DNA of 64,000 nucleotides from the NCBI RefSeq assembly GCF_009914755.1, contig NC_060930.1; one strand, given 5' to 3'. The translations under genes and the position numbers were made by a program. Below the pieces are notes generated by a model. That model saw only the letters and a program-made list of their open reading frames with translations. It made no database searches and was not told the DNA's origin. The stretch comes from the human T2T-CHM13v2.0 reference genome, Homo sapiens. Shown here piece after piece: positions 12,401-28,680 of the stretch. The stretch's first letter is position 1, and the number at the start of each line of letters is the position of its first letter.

Positions 12401-15209
12401 AAATATTACTTATCTATGTTTGTTTACCTTTTTCTATGTGAAGCTGAGTGTTCAGAGCCCTGATATGTTAATCTATTTACATTTATTTGTTTGGCTCTGT
12501 TTTTGTTTATTTATCTATTTATAACCAACCGGCAAACTCCATAATGTTACATGGGAAGAGTAAAAGAAAGAGTTCAAGGGCCTGTGGCAAGATTTTCATT
12601 TGGGGTCTATTTGGCTCTAAAGAAAAAAGAGCTAATCAATTGCTAACTGAAGACAGTACAGTTTAGTTTTAATAATGGTTACAGTAATGAGAGGTTAAAA
12701 GGGTCAAAACACTGAACCAGGTGTTAAAGTTCTTAATGTTCGTATTTGGGAATATACATTAGACTACTCAACTCTATTTGAAGTTATACAGGGGATAAAT
12801 ATGGTTCCATTGAGTAGAGGTTCTAATACTTGTTTGAATGTTCTAAAATTAGTTGGTTGTTTTCACTCATAAAATCAGAAGGCTGGACAAAATACTTTCT
12901 AAGGTCCCTTTCAGTATTAATATTTCATAAAACTAAAAGGCAAACTGTACTTGATGAATTATGTCTGACTCATAAGGTTCTTTCAAAATTTAATGTCTTA
13001 TTTTTCTTTGCCACATGATATATTTTTTGCCTTTTGTTTTTTGGCAAGTCATAACCCAACCATGCCTTTTAAATGGGGGTAATATATAAACCTTGCCTAC
13101 TTTATAGACTTTTCCTATCAGTATGATGATATATGTAAACTTTAAAAAAAATTTTAAGTATGCACATAAGGTAACATTAACTATTTAATTAAATATTAAG
13201 TGATTCACTATTAAAATCATGTTAAAATAGGATGTCTTAACTATAAATGCCAATATACTAAATTATTCAACAACAAGAGCATAAGATTCTACTTGAGGCA
13301 ACACATATAAAGTTTTATGGTATCTGTAAGTAATTTAAATACAAATTTCTTTATTTGTCTACTAATAGCATTTACCAGGCTATTTTATTTAAGAAAGCAG
13401 AAATATTGTCTTTGACCACAGAACAGAAGTTCAAAGAAAAAATCATTCTTTTCTCATTATCCTTTTCTACTGCAGATGTTTTGTATTTGTTTATTTAGAT
13501 TCTGCCTCCATTCTAGAAAAGACTAAAGGAAGCTGAAAGGATATATTAACCACAAGAAAATTCCAGAAGTGTAAAACTGGACAGAAAGAAGAAAGAAAAA
13601 TGGGAATAAAGCCATCAATTAGAGCCAGAAATAAAGCTCAAACATGTTTACCATAAACATTTATATATTTCTTATTAGAGAGCCATAAACTGGCTTTAAG
13701 CTTTCTGGCAATAAATGCAGCAAGCAGCTCCCAGTGTAATGTGATTCAGTAAAACAATTCCATTGGGAGGTAAACTGATTCTTCCTTGTGCCAGTCTCTG
13801 TAGATCTGGCTTGATTTGGGGATAGATTTTTAGAAAATGAAGAAACATAGAAGGAGTTGCGTATCTTTCAAATAATGTTCCCCAAATATTATTTCTCTAA
13901 GTTGTGGGCACCGATGAGTTCAAGACTATTCCCTGAAAAAGTATACAGCATAAAATTACTCAACAGTGGCATTTAAATTTTTTTCCATGTGTCTCAACAA
14001 ACCCTAAATTTTAAGAAACTGTGTATATGAGATATATATACTCTTCCAAAAATTGAGGATTTGATCTTTAAAAAGACTTGACCATGTCCCAAAGGGCCTC
14101 CCCACTTTGTAGCATGCAATACCACAGGAGCACTAGCTTAGAAAAGTTTTTCTAAATCTCTAACTGAAAGACAATGAGTGACCTCTGCCTGAAGAATCTA
14201 CTCCTTATAGCTTGGCACAACAGTGTCAGTCTGAAAGAAAAAAAAAAAAGTCTCACTAACATGAAAACAGCTGTCTACTCAAGTTCATATAGAAAGTAAT
14301 TCAATAAAACAAACATTGAACGTTTAACTTGGAGCTAAGCTTATAAAAACTACCTATTAAGTATAAACCAAGGTAATTTGCAGAACGGGTCTTTTAAATA
14401 AAAGTCAGTCATAGTACATTGAACCAAATAAAATAACATTACTTGTACAAGTAGTTATCAATTCATGCTGCTGTTAGATTGAGATAAAATACGAAACTGT
14501 CATAAGAAAATGATTGTCTTTTGTCCTTTATTAGGGAACAGGCATGCAAGAGCTCTGTCAAAACACTGAGAATTAAGTTAAAGAGAAGAGAGGTCAGAAA
14601 ATAATCATATGTTACTCTAATGCAATATGTGACCTGTTCTCCCAAAACAATATTCCTGCTGACCCTGACTCTCGAAACAGTAATACAGAGGCAGATTCTG
14701 AAAGGAGATCAATACCTGGGGTGGGAAGTCCATGTTGAGCTTTCATCTCCTGGCCAAAGAAGTGAAGGTTGGGGAAAGGACGCATATTAATTTATGTGAG
14801 GTTAGACTAACATTTTAACATGATTTATGAATCGACCTCAGCAAATGGCTTAGGTTTGAATAGCTGTCTTGAATTAATTCTAGTCTTCTAGTCCAAACAA
14901 AGAATATCCTAAGGTATGGAGAAAATTTGCAGAAGTACCTGGCCCATCTGAGGTACTTAAAACTGTTTGTTGAATGAGGGGCTGAATAATCTAATTTGCT
15001 ATTTGCTAATACTGACAAAAATGGGCATGATATGAGAACATGAGAACAAATACAGTCCAAATATTTTTTAAATGGAATAAATTGAGTTTGTTTTAAAAGA
15101 AAAAACCTACAAATCAGTGTTTCCAAATTATTGGTGAAATTCTATTGACATTTTAAATGAATACTTTCTGGCTCTTTTCCCAAAAAAGCTAGTAGTACCA
15201 TAAAAATAG

Positions 15210-15577
<368 letters not shown>

Positions 15578-17194
15578 AGGTCTTAATATGTCTACATTTC
15601 AATAAAGCATTTGAAAGAATCTCTCACCCTCCACTTATGGGCAAGGTGCAGAAATGAGAGCTGGATAATAACAAAGTAATGTCACTTTATGACTAGTCTA
15701 ACCTCTATACTGGAAAAAAATTGACTAATGCATTGTTATCAACCAGAAAGATGCCATCCTGCACAAGGCCACTGGGCTTGGTCTTTAGATTTAGTCTACT
15801 TATTATTTAATATTATTATCAAACACTTGAAAGATAACATAACTAACTAATACTTCTCAAACACACAAGACTATAAAAAACATCGAATGCACTGTCTGAA
15901 AAACTTACTATAAAAAATTCTTAACAGGCTATGATAATGAGACACATCCAATAAGATAAAATGTATTAGAGACAATGTTCAAGTTCGGTTCAAATACCAA
16001 CCTCCTCATTTCAGGTCAGTGCTCTTGTTACACTCCAACACATTCAGACATCAAAAGAGAGATGATTTTTAATCAGTAATAACAGTCCAGGATGGGGTCC
16101 TGAGCAAAGAGGCCAGGGATGGGGGTAGAATCCAGACTGGTTTGATCTGGTCTTTAGTTCACAAAGTGCTGTGTGTTTAGCTTTCCTACTCAGTCATTAA
16201 TCACTCTGAGATACAGCCTAAGCACTTATGTAGAGGCTCAGACTGTGAGCCATTAGAAGTTGACTGTAACAGAGCTGGAAATCATACAAATCCCTGGGAG
16301 AACAAGTCCCCCAAATTTCTACTGAGGTTAAATTAAAAAAAAAAAAAAGATGTCTGGAAAAATTGTTTAGCATGTATGCCTGTTCTGTGAATGTGTTACA
16401 GCTTGATTCTAATTAACAACAACAAAAAATTAACATAAGTCAGCCCCTAGATTAAGAGAAGTTTAAAAAAATATTGATTTGTGATGTTTAAGAAAATGGA
16501 AAAACAACAGGCACTCCAGCATTAGATACCTTTAATTAAAAACACAAAATAACTGGACTCATTCCCCAATGAATGGCTTTCCTCAGCTAACTGCAGAATT
16601 GCTTATCAGGTAAATCTGTTATGGCAGCAGCTACTTCAACAGGGATCAATGAAGTTGGAAGCCAAGTAGACATATACTCCAGACGTTAACCAAAGAGCCG
16701 TTCTTTTTTCCCTTTTTTAACGTGAAGCCACTGGAAGAAAACACTCTTACCAAGTGTCTTTTGAAGCATTATTTCAGAAAGTTAGGCTTAATGGGGAATG
16801 CAAATAATGTATCCCCAAAGTGAAGATTAAAATATTATCTATTTTAATTTTGACAAAAGTAGCCATACAATTTTTGCTACATGTTTACCTCCAAAATTTT
16901 AATGTACTGAGTGGAAGAAAGTATTCGTGGATCACAGCTAACGCCCTTATTATTAACAACTCCTCACATTCCATCCCAAGCCATTTCCCATCTCAATGAC
17001 AGCATATTTATAAATAATAGTTGCCATCAGCCTGGAAAAGCCTATCATCAGGCAGTAAAGTCTTTGTTAATCACTGACTTACTAGAACAGACCCATTGGA
17101 CATGCATGTGTGTATATGAATTGTGTTAAGGGTTTTTGATGTTTTCCTTTATTAGCATCAATTTTTTAAATTCATGCATGTATGAATAATATCA

Positions 17195-17470
17195 ACAGAA
17201 ACAAAATTAACCTCTTCCCCATCTCCTAAATCTGAAAACACAGCTTGAGTTAAACTACTCTATTTCCTTATCAAACTTAATATCTCCTCCTCCAGCTCTC
17301 AACTCAAAACTCCAGGACAGCACTCATCAAGCTTCTTGGTAACCAGGTATCCTACGCCAGACTCTCCTCAGGACCTGTAAAGTTAGGGACAGAGTTCTGC
17401 ATACTCATCCCTGGGAGGCTGGCACTTAACACAATAATGAGCTCCTAGTAGCTTCTCAATGTCAGTGAAT
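17195..17470 (+). mobile_element. L2 fragment
   Basis: Pyrimidine-rich body and a 3' end (GCTGGCACTTAAC...CTCAATG...TGAAT) resembling the L2 terminus. Confidence 0.4.
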
Positions 17471-20400
17471 ACATTTTAAAATACTGTTCCTATATGATCT
17501 CAGTAGCAAGAAAATTATCACTATCCTTCTCCTCCTTGTGACTATCCTATCAGGAAAGTTTATCAAAGAAAATACTATTATCTAATAACACAGAAGCTTC
17601 AAAGGTAACTTGCATGATGCTTTCAGAAAGCAACTTAACAATACAGCCCATTGGCCATACTTTCTGTGTTCAAAAGGCACCTTTGGGAAATTAAGTTTAT
17701 GGAAATAATATAAAATGTGTTTTTAAAGATATATATAAAATTTAAGAGAAAAAGTATGGAATCATTAGGAGAATAACTTGGTCAACTATAATAATTTCTT
17801 AAGCATATGTTCCAGGCTTTGAAAATTATGTTCACAAAAACAATATCAAAATAAAGTGGGAAAACATATTCAATTAAAACATTTAAATTTTCAAACAGAA
17901 TATGTTAGAGCACACACAGTATGTGAAACATATATTTAGAAAAATCTGGAAAATGCTAATAAATTAATTGTAGTTATGTTAGATGTTTGGGACTTCGAAT
18001 ATTTTTAAAGTCTATTTTTATACTTTTTGTAGCATATTCTTTGAGTAATTATTTTTAAAAAAATAACTTCCCAGTTAATCGAATCAAACTTTTTAGGAAA
18101 AAAAAATCTAGGTGATAGTGATTTCTTATTTTGACCCTTTAAGAAGATTATAGAAGAGAAAGAAATCTGTATTTGCAAACATTGGGTCATATTATAGCAC
18201 AAAGCAGTAACTATTTCTCTACATCAGTACAGAAAGGCAGTTTGATATCCTGCTGACCCCTGTAACATGATCCACTCTGCTGAACCCTGCAGAGCAGGTC
18301 AGGAATCAAAGGGCAGGCCAAGACCAAGCAGGCAAGGCCAGTATCTGAGAACAGGGCCAGCCAGATGTGGACTTCTCCAAATAAAGCGAAGGCAGGAGGT
18401 GCTGATTGAGCTTTAGGGTCTAATGGTAAAGAAAACAATTTTTAGGTTTCACTTATCCAAAAATGATCTGTATCTTACGCATATTTTAGGAAGAATATAA
18501 TTATCCTTCCCGCACTCCTTTTTCTCCCCTCAAATATTCCTCCAAATGAATGTGAAAGGGGCAAAGGCTGAAGGAAGAGAGTTCAGGAGCCAACCAGGGA
18601 GTTTAAGTTGATAAGTTAGTTTTCCCATTGTTTCACTTTTATCACCCTATTCTCTGTCTTAGAAACCTCCAAGAACACCCCTATGCCTGGCACTCAGTAG
18701 TCTAGAATCAGGGACTGTATACATATTTTGTTACTTTCCATAAATCCTTCCCTGGAAGCAGAACTGTACCTCGGTGATTAGAGAACTTCCTATCTTCCTG
18801 GAGCCCCCTGTGCCTAGGAATTAAAACCCCCTATCTCTGCACTTACCATCCCACCAATTCCAAACCCACTCTACATCCCTCTCTCTTGGAATCCTAATAG
18901 AAGGCAGAGAGGTGCAAGCCAGTGGCCATATACTTATACACAAACTCAAGTTTCTTTCAACTTCCATGAATCCCTATCAGAATTAATCTATCTTTACGTA
19001 TTTAGCTGAAATAGGAGTTCATGAGCAGCTGCAGTTTTTGACATGTTCAACAGCTAAAAGAAATTAAAGGGAAGGTAAAGAGAGAAAAGCAACATGGACT
19101 CATTGAGAGAAAAAAAAAGAAGGAAGTGATAGCATAAGATTAGCAAAGAACTGATTCTCTAGCTTTTCTTTTCTGCTGCCTGGTTTATTTGTGTTTTTCC
19201 CCAGTGAATCCATATGCTACGGTGGGGGAAACACTACTAAAGCATCTTAGGACTATACATGGCTGTTGACTGAAAAGAGTGAAGCTCCCTCCCTAAAGGA
19301 GACAACTCTTCAGGGTGTTTGCTTTTGTAGAAAAGGCAATGCAGCTAATCCACATCAAACTCTGCAAAAGCATAAAATACCTGACTAGATTTCCACAAAT
19401 ATTATCAGTATATAAACATAAAAGTACTAATTATATAAGTCAATCAAGCTATTATATACATGTAGATGAGTCACACACAAGCCAGAGGAGCTTGCTATAC
19501 TTTTTAAATAACGCTATCAAGAATCTGAGTTTGTCACTTGCTGAAATCCCAGAAGTTCAGTAGCTCACTGCTCCCTGTCATTCCCCAAGAGGCAAGATAA
19601 CGAAAACAAGCTATCCAACAGAGGTTTAATGTGCAAATCTGGAATAATTCTTTAAACACCAGAAGTTGATAAAACCTGCTTCACAATTGCAATTTTATGC
19701 TACAGGCATGTTCATATTTTTGCCAAGGGATTCGGTTTACATCAATCTCTACAAATTTATGTATTCAGTGTATAAACATTTTAACATAATAATAATCCTT
19801 TATCATAATAGAGAGACAGCATGGTCTAGTGAATTGTGTGCTGAATACCCTATCCAGCCCTATCTATCTCATAGGGATTCTGTAAAGATTAATTAGTAGA
19901 TACCCCCAGAAAGCACTGTGAGCTTTTTTGCAAAAACAGTGTACAAACATCACTTATTTATCATACCACAACTTGTGAGATAAAGAGGCAATAATATAGC
20001 TATAAGTGTACAAAACGGAATGGTAGTTGGGATGAAAATGAATGAGATGGCTGCAGAAAGAGATTAGAGGGCAGAATAAGTATAAAAAATATGAATATAT
20101 GAGTCCTATGTGGAAAACAAGAAAGGGTGGTGCCTTCCCACAGCAGTATTGCAACAAAACACCCCCACCACAAAGGGTTAAAACAGGTCATGCTTTCCCG
20201 CAGCAAAGTGTCCTGATTTCTCCAGGAAGGTGAGGACAGGAAGAACCCAGCTTGTGTTTGACTTGTGCTCGCCCCCAAGGCTCACTCCTTTCCTGCCCTG
20301 CCTACAGAGTCCTTGGTGCACACTTGTCCTTCACAGACCACTTCCCCCAAGGGTGCCCCAATCAATTTAGAAAATGACAAGGTGACACAGAAACAAAAAG

Positions 20401-20959
20401 CAGAAGCTCTGAAATAGAGTCCATTCTAGTCAACAAACAAGACTCAGAAATATATATAAACCAAGGAGCAAAAGTGATTTAGGAGAGCTCAAAATACAAT
20501 TAGTACATTTTTGATGTATGAGAAGAATTTCTCAGTTATAAAGCCAAATGTAAGGTAATTCTTCCTTCTCATATCTCAGAAGTAATAATGCTGGGGGAAA
20601 GAGAGGGCTTTTTAGAAAGCATGAACTTTTATATGTAAGTCATTAACACTATAAATTCCTAAACATTGTCTGGTAAATTAAATAATTTTCAATGGCCCAA
20701 TCTATAAAATATGACCATTCCTAAACTATCATTTTCAGATACAAGTATACAGACCGAAAAATAATATAAATAGAAGCAATGCACATATTCATACTAAAAT
20801 TAAAATCAAGAGCATTTATTATATTAAGAAAATAGGTTTAGTAGTTAGAAATAAACTGCCCTTGAAAGGAGCCACAAAGCAGCAATTTAGCCAAAGATCC
20901 ACTCAATTTGTAGTATGTTATCACCAGTTCCTAAGAATCTTTCTGGTATCTATTCTTCA

Positions 20960-21670
20960 TTTTTCTTTTGCATTGTATTTCACTTTTAGGCCATTAGCTC
21001 ACTATACCTAGACTACCACAATGACCCACTAACAAGTCTGCCTGACTCCATGTGGCCTACATATGGCAAAAAATTAAATTTCCCTGAAGCAAGACTCTGA
21101 AGGTATTTATTGCAGGTTAAAATTTGAGGTTCTCTCTGTTTCTCTCTCTCTTTTTCAAAAACTGGATACAGCTCAAACTTATTAGGCTGGCATTCACAGC
21201 TCTTCACAGTCTGGCTCCATTCAGCCTCTTATGTTCTCAATTTCTGTTCCAAAACAAAGCCCAACTCCTACTCAATTTGGACTTCTGTAATTCACAGAAA
21301 ATGCCCATCTCTCAATTCCCAAAGCACCTTTTAAATGCCAATGCCTGTGACTATGATGTCTCTCTCCTGCTGTCACCAGGGTAAGTACTAACAATTCAAA
21401 TGCCTTTCATCCTGGTCATCTTTTCCACATTATGTAGATTTGATTTCCACCTCCATGCTCAGCACCCTGGCCCCCAGCCACCCTTCACAATCAGGGCACA
21501 TATCCTGGACTAATCACATGATACTTTTCACATACTGATTTGTTTATAGATACTGACCCATGTGTGTTTGTTCTGAGAGGACAGAAATTCTCTCTTCTAC
21601 AACTCGATCTCATGTGGTACCCTGCTTCAAATGTTCACTCAATGAAAAGTGTCCAATGCAAGAATGAATG
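20960..21670 (+). mobile_element. L2 LINE 3' region
   Basis: CTAGACTACCACAATGACCCACTAACAAGTCTGCCTGACTCC and terminal CACTCAATGAAA...GAATGAATG. Confidence 0.55.
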
Positions 21671-22196
21671 TTTCTACTTTGCAGCAAAACTCCTAAAGGT
21701 TATTCTCTGTTTCACTGGAGTTTGGAAGACAAAAACAAGATGACCTCCTTTTTAAAATCTGCATGATATTTACAGAAAAGATGCATTTATAGGACATTTT
21801 TTAAAGTACATGATGTTTTATAATTAATGTTCATAATGCATACAAAGTAGGTCAGAAGCGTCACCTTCCCTGTAAAGCTAAGGAAACTAGAGTGCAAATT
21901 TCTGTAGGGCTCTACTATACAATTACTTAATAAAACTTCATGTCATTCTTACTATGCTTGACTGGGAAGTATGTGGGGTCTGTTGTCAACTTTAAAAACT
22001 TTAATTTGTTTCTGGTATTAAAGAACTGCCACCAATTAAAACTGAGTATACAGAAGTTCATTAAATACCTTAAGTCTCAAGTTATGGGCTAGCATTGTGT
22101 TACACAAAAAGAATATAAAGTTGAATGAAACAAATGGAGACCTTATTATTTCTCAGTTTACATACCAATACTCTCCTATACATACACAATATACTA

Positions 22197-22961
<765 letters not shown>

Positions 22962-23249
22962 GAAATGTCATAGGAAAGTTAGAAATATTGAGGTCATTCT
23001 TTATGACCTCAATCCTTAATCCTGGGCACCAGAAAGTTCTACTTAATCTTATGACTCCTTCCCCTGCCTTGTTCGAACCGTGATCCACGAGCCCTCTGGA
23101 AGATCCTACTGTTGTTAAATCCCTTTCTGTACGGGACCCAGAATCACCTACTTTTAAAAGCTGTTGTCTCTGTAACCAAACCCAGGGTAAAGACTGGGCT
23201 CTTGCCCTGCCTCTATTATGCACCCTCCCCACAGCAGCCAGTGGTGATC

Positions 23250-24440
23250 CTGTCTTTTTTCTCTAACTGCTTTTAAAATTTTCTCCTAACACCAGTATTC
23301 AGCCACTCTACTAGGTGACGTCATGGTGTTGTTTTCTTTACATTTACTCTGCTTGGGGTTCATTGTGCTCTTCGAACTGTGCGTTTATAGTTTTCATCAA
23401 ATTTAGAAAATATTTGGCCATTACTTTTCCAAATATTTTTGTTCTCCTTCTCTTTTGCTGTGAAACCCAATTACATGTCAGACTACTTGATACTGCCCCA
23501 CAGTGCACTGAGCTTATATTAATCTTTTTTCACATTTTTTTCTGTTTGTGTTTCATTTTCAATAATTTCTATTGCTATGATTTGTATAGGAACTATCTCT
23601 AGAAGTTCCATTTGGTTCATTTGTGTACCTTCCATTTCTCTCCTTATTATGTTCATATTTTCCTCTCTCTTGAGCACACAGCACATATTTTTAATAGCTG
23701 TTTAACATCTTTGCTAGTCCGGTCATCTCTACCTTTTGCAGGTATGTTTCCATGGATTGTTTCCCACCACTAGCTACAGTTCATGTTATTCTGCTTCTTT
23801 GCACGCAGATTTTATATTGTTTGATGCTGGATATTGTTGTATTCCTTTAAAGAATATCAAGCTTTTGAGGGGTGCACACTGTTATGTGTAAATTAATCTA
23901 ATTCTCACAAAGATTAATTTAAAGCTTTGTTAGTGTAGCCTTCAGAGTAAAGCCAATTTAGTCCCACTAATAAGGCAGTATCTTTTTGAACACTCTATCC
24001 AATACTTTGTGTATTATGAAGGTTTTCTAGCCTGGCTGATGGGAGTGCCAACTAGTTCCCAGATCTGGGTGAATTTTGAGAATTTTTTTGTCCTACTGCT
24101 TTTCAGTGGATTTCTATCCTGCCTCTTAAAGTTTTACCTGATATATATTCCAATTTGAAATGATCCCTCTGTTAATCTCTGGAGGTATTTCTTTCTGTGC
24201 ATCTTCTTTCTCTCCAGTTCCTTGCCCTACAATGTCTCACTGCCTCAGCTTCCCCAGCTCTGATCTCAGTCTCCTCCCATCAAGTGAAAGTGCTAGATCC
24301 TATTTAGGTTCCTCTCCCTCTGCCAGGCCCAGATACTACCAAGAGGCTGTGAATTGGGATGAACGTAGGGGGCACCTCATTTGTTTCTCATCTATCAGGA
24401 ATAGCAGTACTGTCTTCCCTGAAGACCATGTCCGAAAACT
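23250..24440 (-). mobile_element. Ancient L1M (L1ME-type) 5'/ORF1 region
   Basis: T-rich antisense L1 ORF1 pattern (TCATCAAATTTAGAAAATATTTGGCCATTA, CCAATTACATG) followed by L1ME 5'-end-like sequence. Confidence 0.65.
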
Positions 24441-26159
24441 CTTGCTCAGAAAGACAACTGCAGTGGTTATCTTTCTAACAGAGCTGAATCCCATGCCCTT
24501 TTATCCTCTGTTTCATGTATTCCACATTTTCATGAGCAAATCTTTCATGAGCAAAAGCAGAGTTTCTCCCAAGCGTGATGATAATCCAAAACCTCCTTTC
24601 ACTGTCTGCTCTTTCACCTCAGAGGGACTTCCAAACTTTTATCTACCTTCAACCTCACAGTTGATCATCTAAGTTCCTCTTACCTGTAAATTCAACATCA
24701 CAAACCACAGTATAGCCACTTTTTGGTTTCAAACTTTATCAAGACAAATCATCAAAACTAGACACCATTGCCCTTAACTTCTTGTCACCAAGCTAAAAAC
24801 CTCTGTGCATCCTCTCTATTGTTACTTCCTTTCCGTCATTCTTGGAAGATGAGCTGACGTTAGCTGTTCAGGGCCAACTCTAAGCATTTGACTATTTGCT
24901 TTTCCTGGATCTCATTCCGTCTGTCATCAATTTCTTCTGTATCTTTAACATCCCCTTTCTATTTACTCCTTTCCATTAGCCTTTTATAAATATGCTCAAG
25001 TAGTTTCTTTCATTTTTTAAAAAGCCTTCTGATCATGATTATCCTGTGGCTACTGTCCAAACATTCTCTTCTTATCCAATTTTCTACTCCCTACCTACTT
25101 TCTATTTTTTATCATCTCCAACTAACTTGTCTTCCCACTGAGATATGGCTTCTTCACTCAAATCTCTACTGGAGGCTTTCTCATTGAAGCAGACTGTATA
25201 ATTAAATACAAAGATTATTCTTCAGATTTCTGGCTCTGTGATAGCTTGCTTCTTGACACTTGACTACACTAGCTTTCACAAAACTGAAAGTTATTTCACT
25301 GTATACTCGTTGGCTGTTCTCATTTTGGGGGTTCTTTGTATTTCTTTCATAAATATGGATGCTATCCAAGATTCGTTTCTTGTCATACACACATGGCTTT
25401 CAGCACATTAAATACTAAATTTTATATCAGTTAATTCACAGATTTTTTTGAAGTCTACATCTATACGCTTTGGATATAATAATACAAAAGTGAATCTAGA
25501 TTATTTCCCCATTTCATGTGAAAATATCTCTATCTGCATACTCAATTTTGTATTGAGAACTTTCTAAAATAATCATTTTCAATTTGTGTGCTGAAGAATC
25601 CTAGAATTTCCATAGTGATGCTTTAAGAATGCTCTACTTTAGAAGAGTGTGGAATACATGAAACAGAGGATAAAAGGGCATGGGATTCAGCTCTGTTAGA
25701 AATCAAACCAAAGATTTTAGACATCTGGTTCTGCTTTTGATGTTAGAATTACAAGTAAGATACCCCTCAAATAAAAATGATGAAACAAGAACATTTGAAA
25801 CCTACTATATTAAATTACAAATACTTTTAGGAAAAAACTGTTTATTCATCCTCATATGCTTGAAATACTCTCCCCCTTCACACTCTATAGTCAGTTAACA
25901 TTAAGTATATGTTATATAATTTAGTGGAACCTAGCTTTGAAAACTGAGAATTCCTTAAAAATTAGCAAATACCACTTTAGCACTTTTAAATTTAAAAGTA
26001 TGAAATACCTTCTCTTGGTATAATTGTTTCCTCAAGCTCCTGACCTTTCTTCTTTCTTATTACTGCATTGGCTTTCTTCCATTTTCCATCTGAATCCCAT
26101 GTTCAGCAATCCATTCTTACTTCCACCAAATCTATGGTCACTATGGCTACAGCGTGCAC

Positions 26160-26350
26160 CAGTGCTTCTTGAAGTGGTGTCTCTGAACTACTTGCATTAG
26201 ACCCATCTAAAATATATATTATAAATTAACATTTCTAAGTTCTACTAAAGATATGGAAAGTCATCATTTCTGAGTGGTAGGGCCCTTGGACCTGCATGTT
26301 TGAAAAGCATACCAGGTGATTCTTAAAGACTCTGACATTATAAACCACTA
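26160..26350. mobile_element. MER5-like hAT-Charlie MITE
   Basis: CAGTGCTTCTTGAAGT...CCAGGTGATTCT...AAACCACTAG. Confidence 0.6.
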
Positions 26351-27503
26351 GAATGGACTTGAAATTCTTGTTCACAGCAAAGTTTTAGAAGCAGTGTCTG
26401 TTTCAGGGTCCAGAAATGTCCAATTATATTGTCTTACTAAGATTTCAATCATTATTAACACTACACCAAATACAATTTGTTATATGTGCTATTCTTCAAG
26501 AAAATGAGCCACAAATCAAATTTATAAAATCTAAGTACAGTCTTAGTTCAAAGTATTGAAATAGAATGTCTGACTTACAGTTTAAATGACCTAAAGGTCA
26601 AATTTCTTTAACAATGTATTTGATTCTCTATTGTTGTTCAATCAATGCAATGACATTAAACCTCTTTAAAAAATCATATTTTTAATAAAGAGCAATTGAT
26701 CCTGTGGGATACCTTTTAAATAACATATTTGAAGGTTTTAGTGAGACATCTCTAGGCTCTTTTTCCTCCTTTTAAAGTCTTAGCCTCTTAACACATAGAT
26801 AAATACAGAAAATTTGACCTTTGCCACCGTAATATACTTTATGGAGATGAAATAAGTTTCAGAAACTTATTCTAGATTCCTATATCAAAGCAATCTGAGT
26901 TTAAACATGATGCAAATTGTTAGGTATTTCATACTACCATAATTCAAGGACAATTTCAAGGATGTGTCAAACAATATTATTAATTTAACACTTTGTTTTT
27001 CATGCCTTATATAATAATGAAGTATCTTTGCACTGCATAAATGTCATGTGGCAAAAAATGGCACTACATTTAGTAACTTCAGGACAGTATTATTAAAAGA
27101 CACTTGATTTGTGAAGCAGTAACACAATCAGATGGAAAACCATTCCATTTTTACAATTTTCAAAACTGAAAAATAGCCAGCTAAACTGACTGAACAAAGA
27201 TGGGAAACAACCAAAATCTCCCTATGAATCTTGTTCAGATGCGCTTCTTTGGTTAGAAAGGCACACAAGTTTTGATATCTACTCTATGGTTACAATTTGC
27301 TTCACTTCAAATAACAGTGCTTTTGAGGGTAGATTTGCATTCTGGGATAAAGAAAAATGTTTACGCATTACCACTTAAAACTGACATTTTCTACCACTAA
27401 GCAGACTTTGTCAGTATTTGGAGAGCTAGCATCCAAAAAAACCCACAAAGATATGCTTAACTGCACATGTGAAGAAAGCCAAATTAACCCCATTATTTCT
27501 ATA

Positions 27504-27707
27504 GCACTGGTTCTCAAACTGTGGTCACAGACCAAAGCCATCAGTATCCACTGATGACATACACTGATGACTTGTTAAAAATGCAAATTCTCAGGTCTTT
27601 CCCCAGTCCTACCGTGTCAGAAATCCTTGGTATGGGGCTCAGAGATTTCAGTTTACCAAGTACTCCAGGCATTCATCAGAATACCTCCTCAGGCTTGGGA
27701 AACCCTG
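27504..27707. mobile_element. MER5A hAT-Charlie MITE
   Basis: CACTGGTTCTCAAACTGTGGTC...CTTGTTAAAAATGCAAATTCTCAGG...TTGGGAAACCCTG. Confidence 0.8.
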
Positions 27708-27964
27708 GTGTAGAGATTAGGGGAACAGGGGCCAGTTCTCTAGGATAGAGAACTGGAGCTGCTTTAAAGGATTCTACACATTAGCAATTTAATTTTTTAA
27801 GCTTATTTAAACTTATACCCTGTATGTTTATCAGTGTAAAAGCAACATACTGAATGAAACTCTTAATCATTGAAAAATATCTGAAGATTGATTTTAAAAA
27901 TAGAGGATAACTATAAGCCAAAAACTAAGGGTGTAATAGGAAAAGCAATGCAGGAAACAACATC

Positions 27965-28680
27965 AGATAACACTTATTGAATTCTGACTATATGCCTGGT
28001 ATTAAACAAGGCATTTAATATACTTTATCTTTTTTTTGCTGTTAATCTTCAGAACAGTCTCATTTTATAAATAAGGAAAGAAATTAAAAGATAATGTAGT
28101 AGACAAAATGGCTTCTTGAAAAATGCCTACATATGAATCTCCAGAATGTGGGAATGCTGTTACATGGCAAGGAGGAATTAAGGTTACCAGTCAGGTGACC
28201 TTGAAATGTGACATTAACCTTGGATTACCCAGGTGGGTTCAATGTAATCATAAGAGTCTTTAAAAGTAAAAGAGAAAAATAAGACTCCGAAGCAATGTAG
28301 CTACAGAAGAGGTCAGAGGGATTCAATGGGAGAAGGGCTCAACCCTGCTGTCGCTGGTCTTGAAGACAGAAGGGGCCATAAGCTAAGGAAGGTGGGTAGA
28401 TGGCCTTCTGAGGCTACAAAAGCCAAGATTCTTTCCTGGAGCCTCTAAAAGGGAACACATTCCTGCCAACACCTTGATTTTAGACCAATGAGACCCATGT
28501 CAGGCTACTGACCTAGAACTGTAAGATTATAAATGTAATTTTAAGCCACTAAGTTTTTGGCAATTTGTTATGGGATAAATTAGAAAACTAATACTATAAG
28601 TTACGTGTCCAAGATCACAATACTAGTAAGGAACTGAGTTATAATTTGAACTCAGATTCAAAATCCCTGTACTTTCATTG
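27965..28680 (-). mobile_element. MIR SINE interrupted by the MLT1D LTR
   Basis: Left part CTCATTTTATAAATAAGGAAA; right part GTCCAAGATCACAATACTAGTAAG...ATTTGAACTCAGA. Confidence 0.6.
28095..28595 (+). mobile_element. MLT1D-like solo LTR (ERVL-MaLR)
   Basis: TGTAGTAGAC...GGATTACCCAGGTGGGTTCAATGTAATCA...CCTGCCAACACCTTGATTTTAG...TAGAAAACTAATAC. Confidence 0.85.

Noticed and set aside
24160-24672. 170-aa ORF
   Set aside because: It overlaps an antisense ancient L1M relic, is Ser/Pro-rich low-information sequence and has no recognisable domain.
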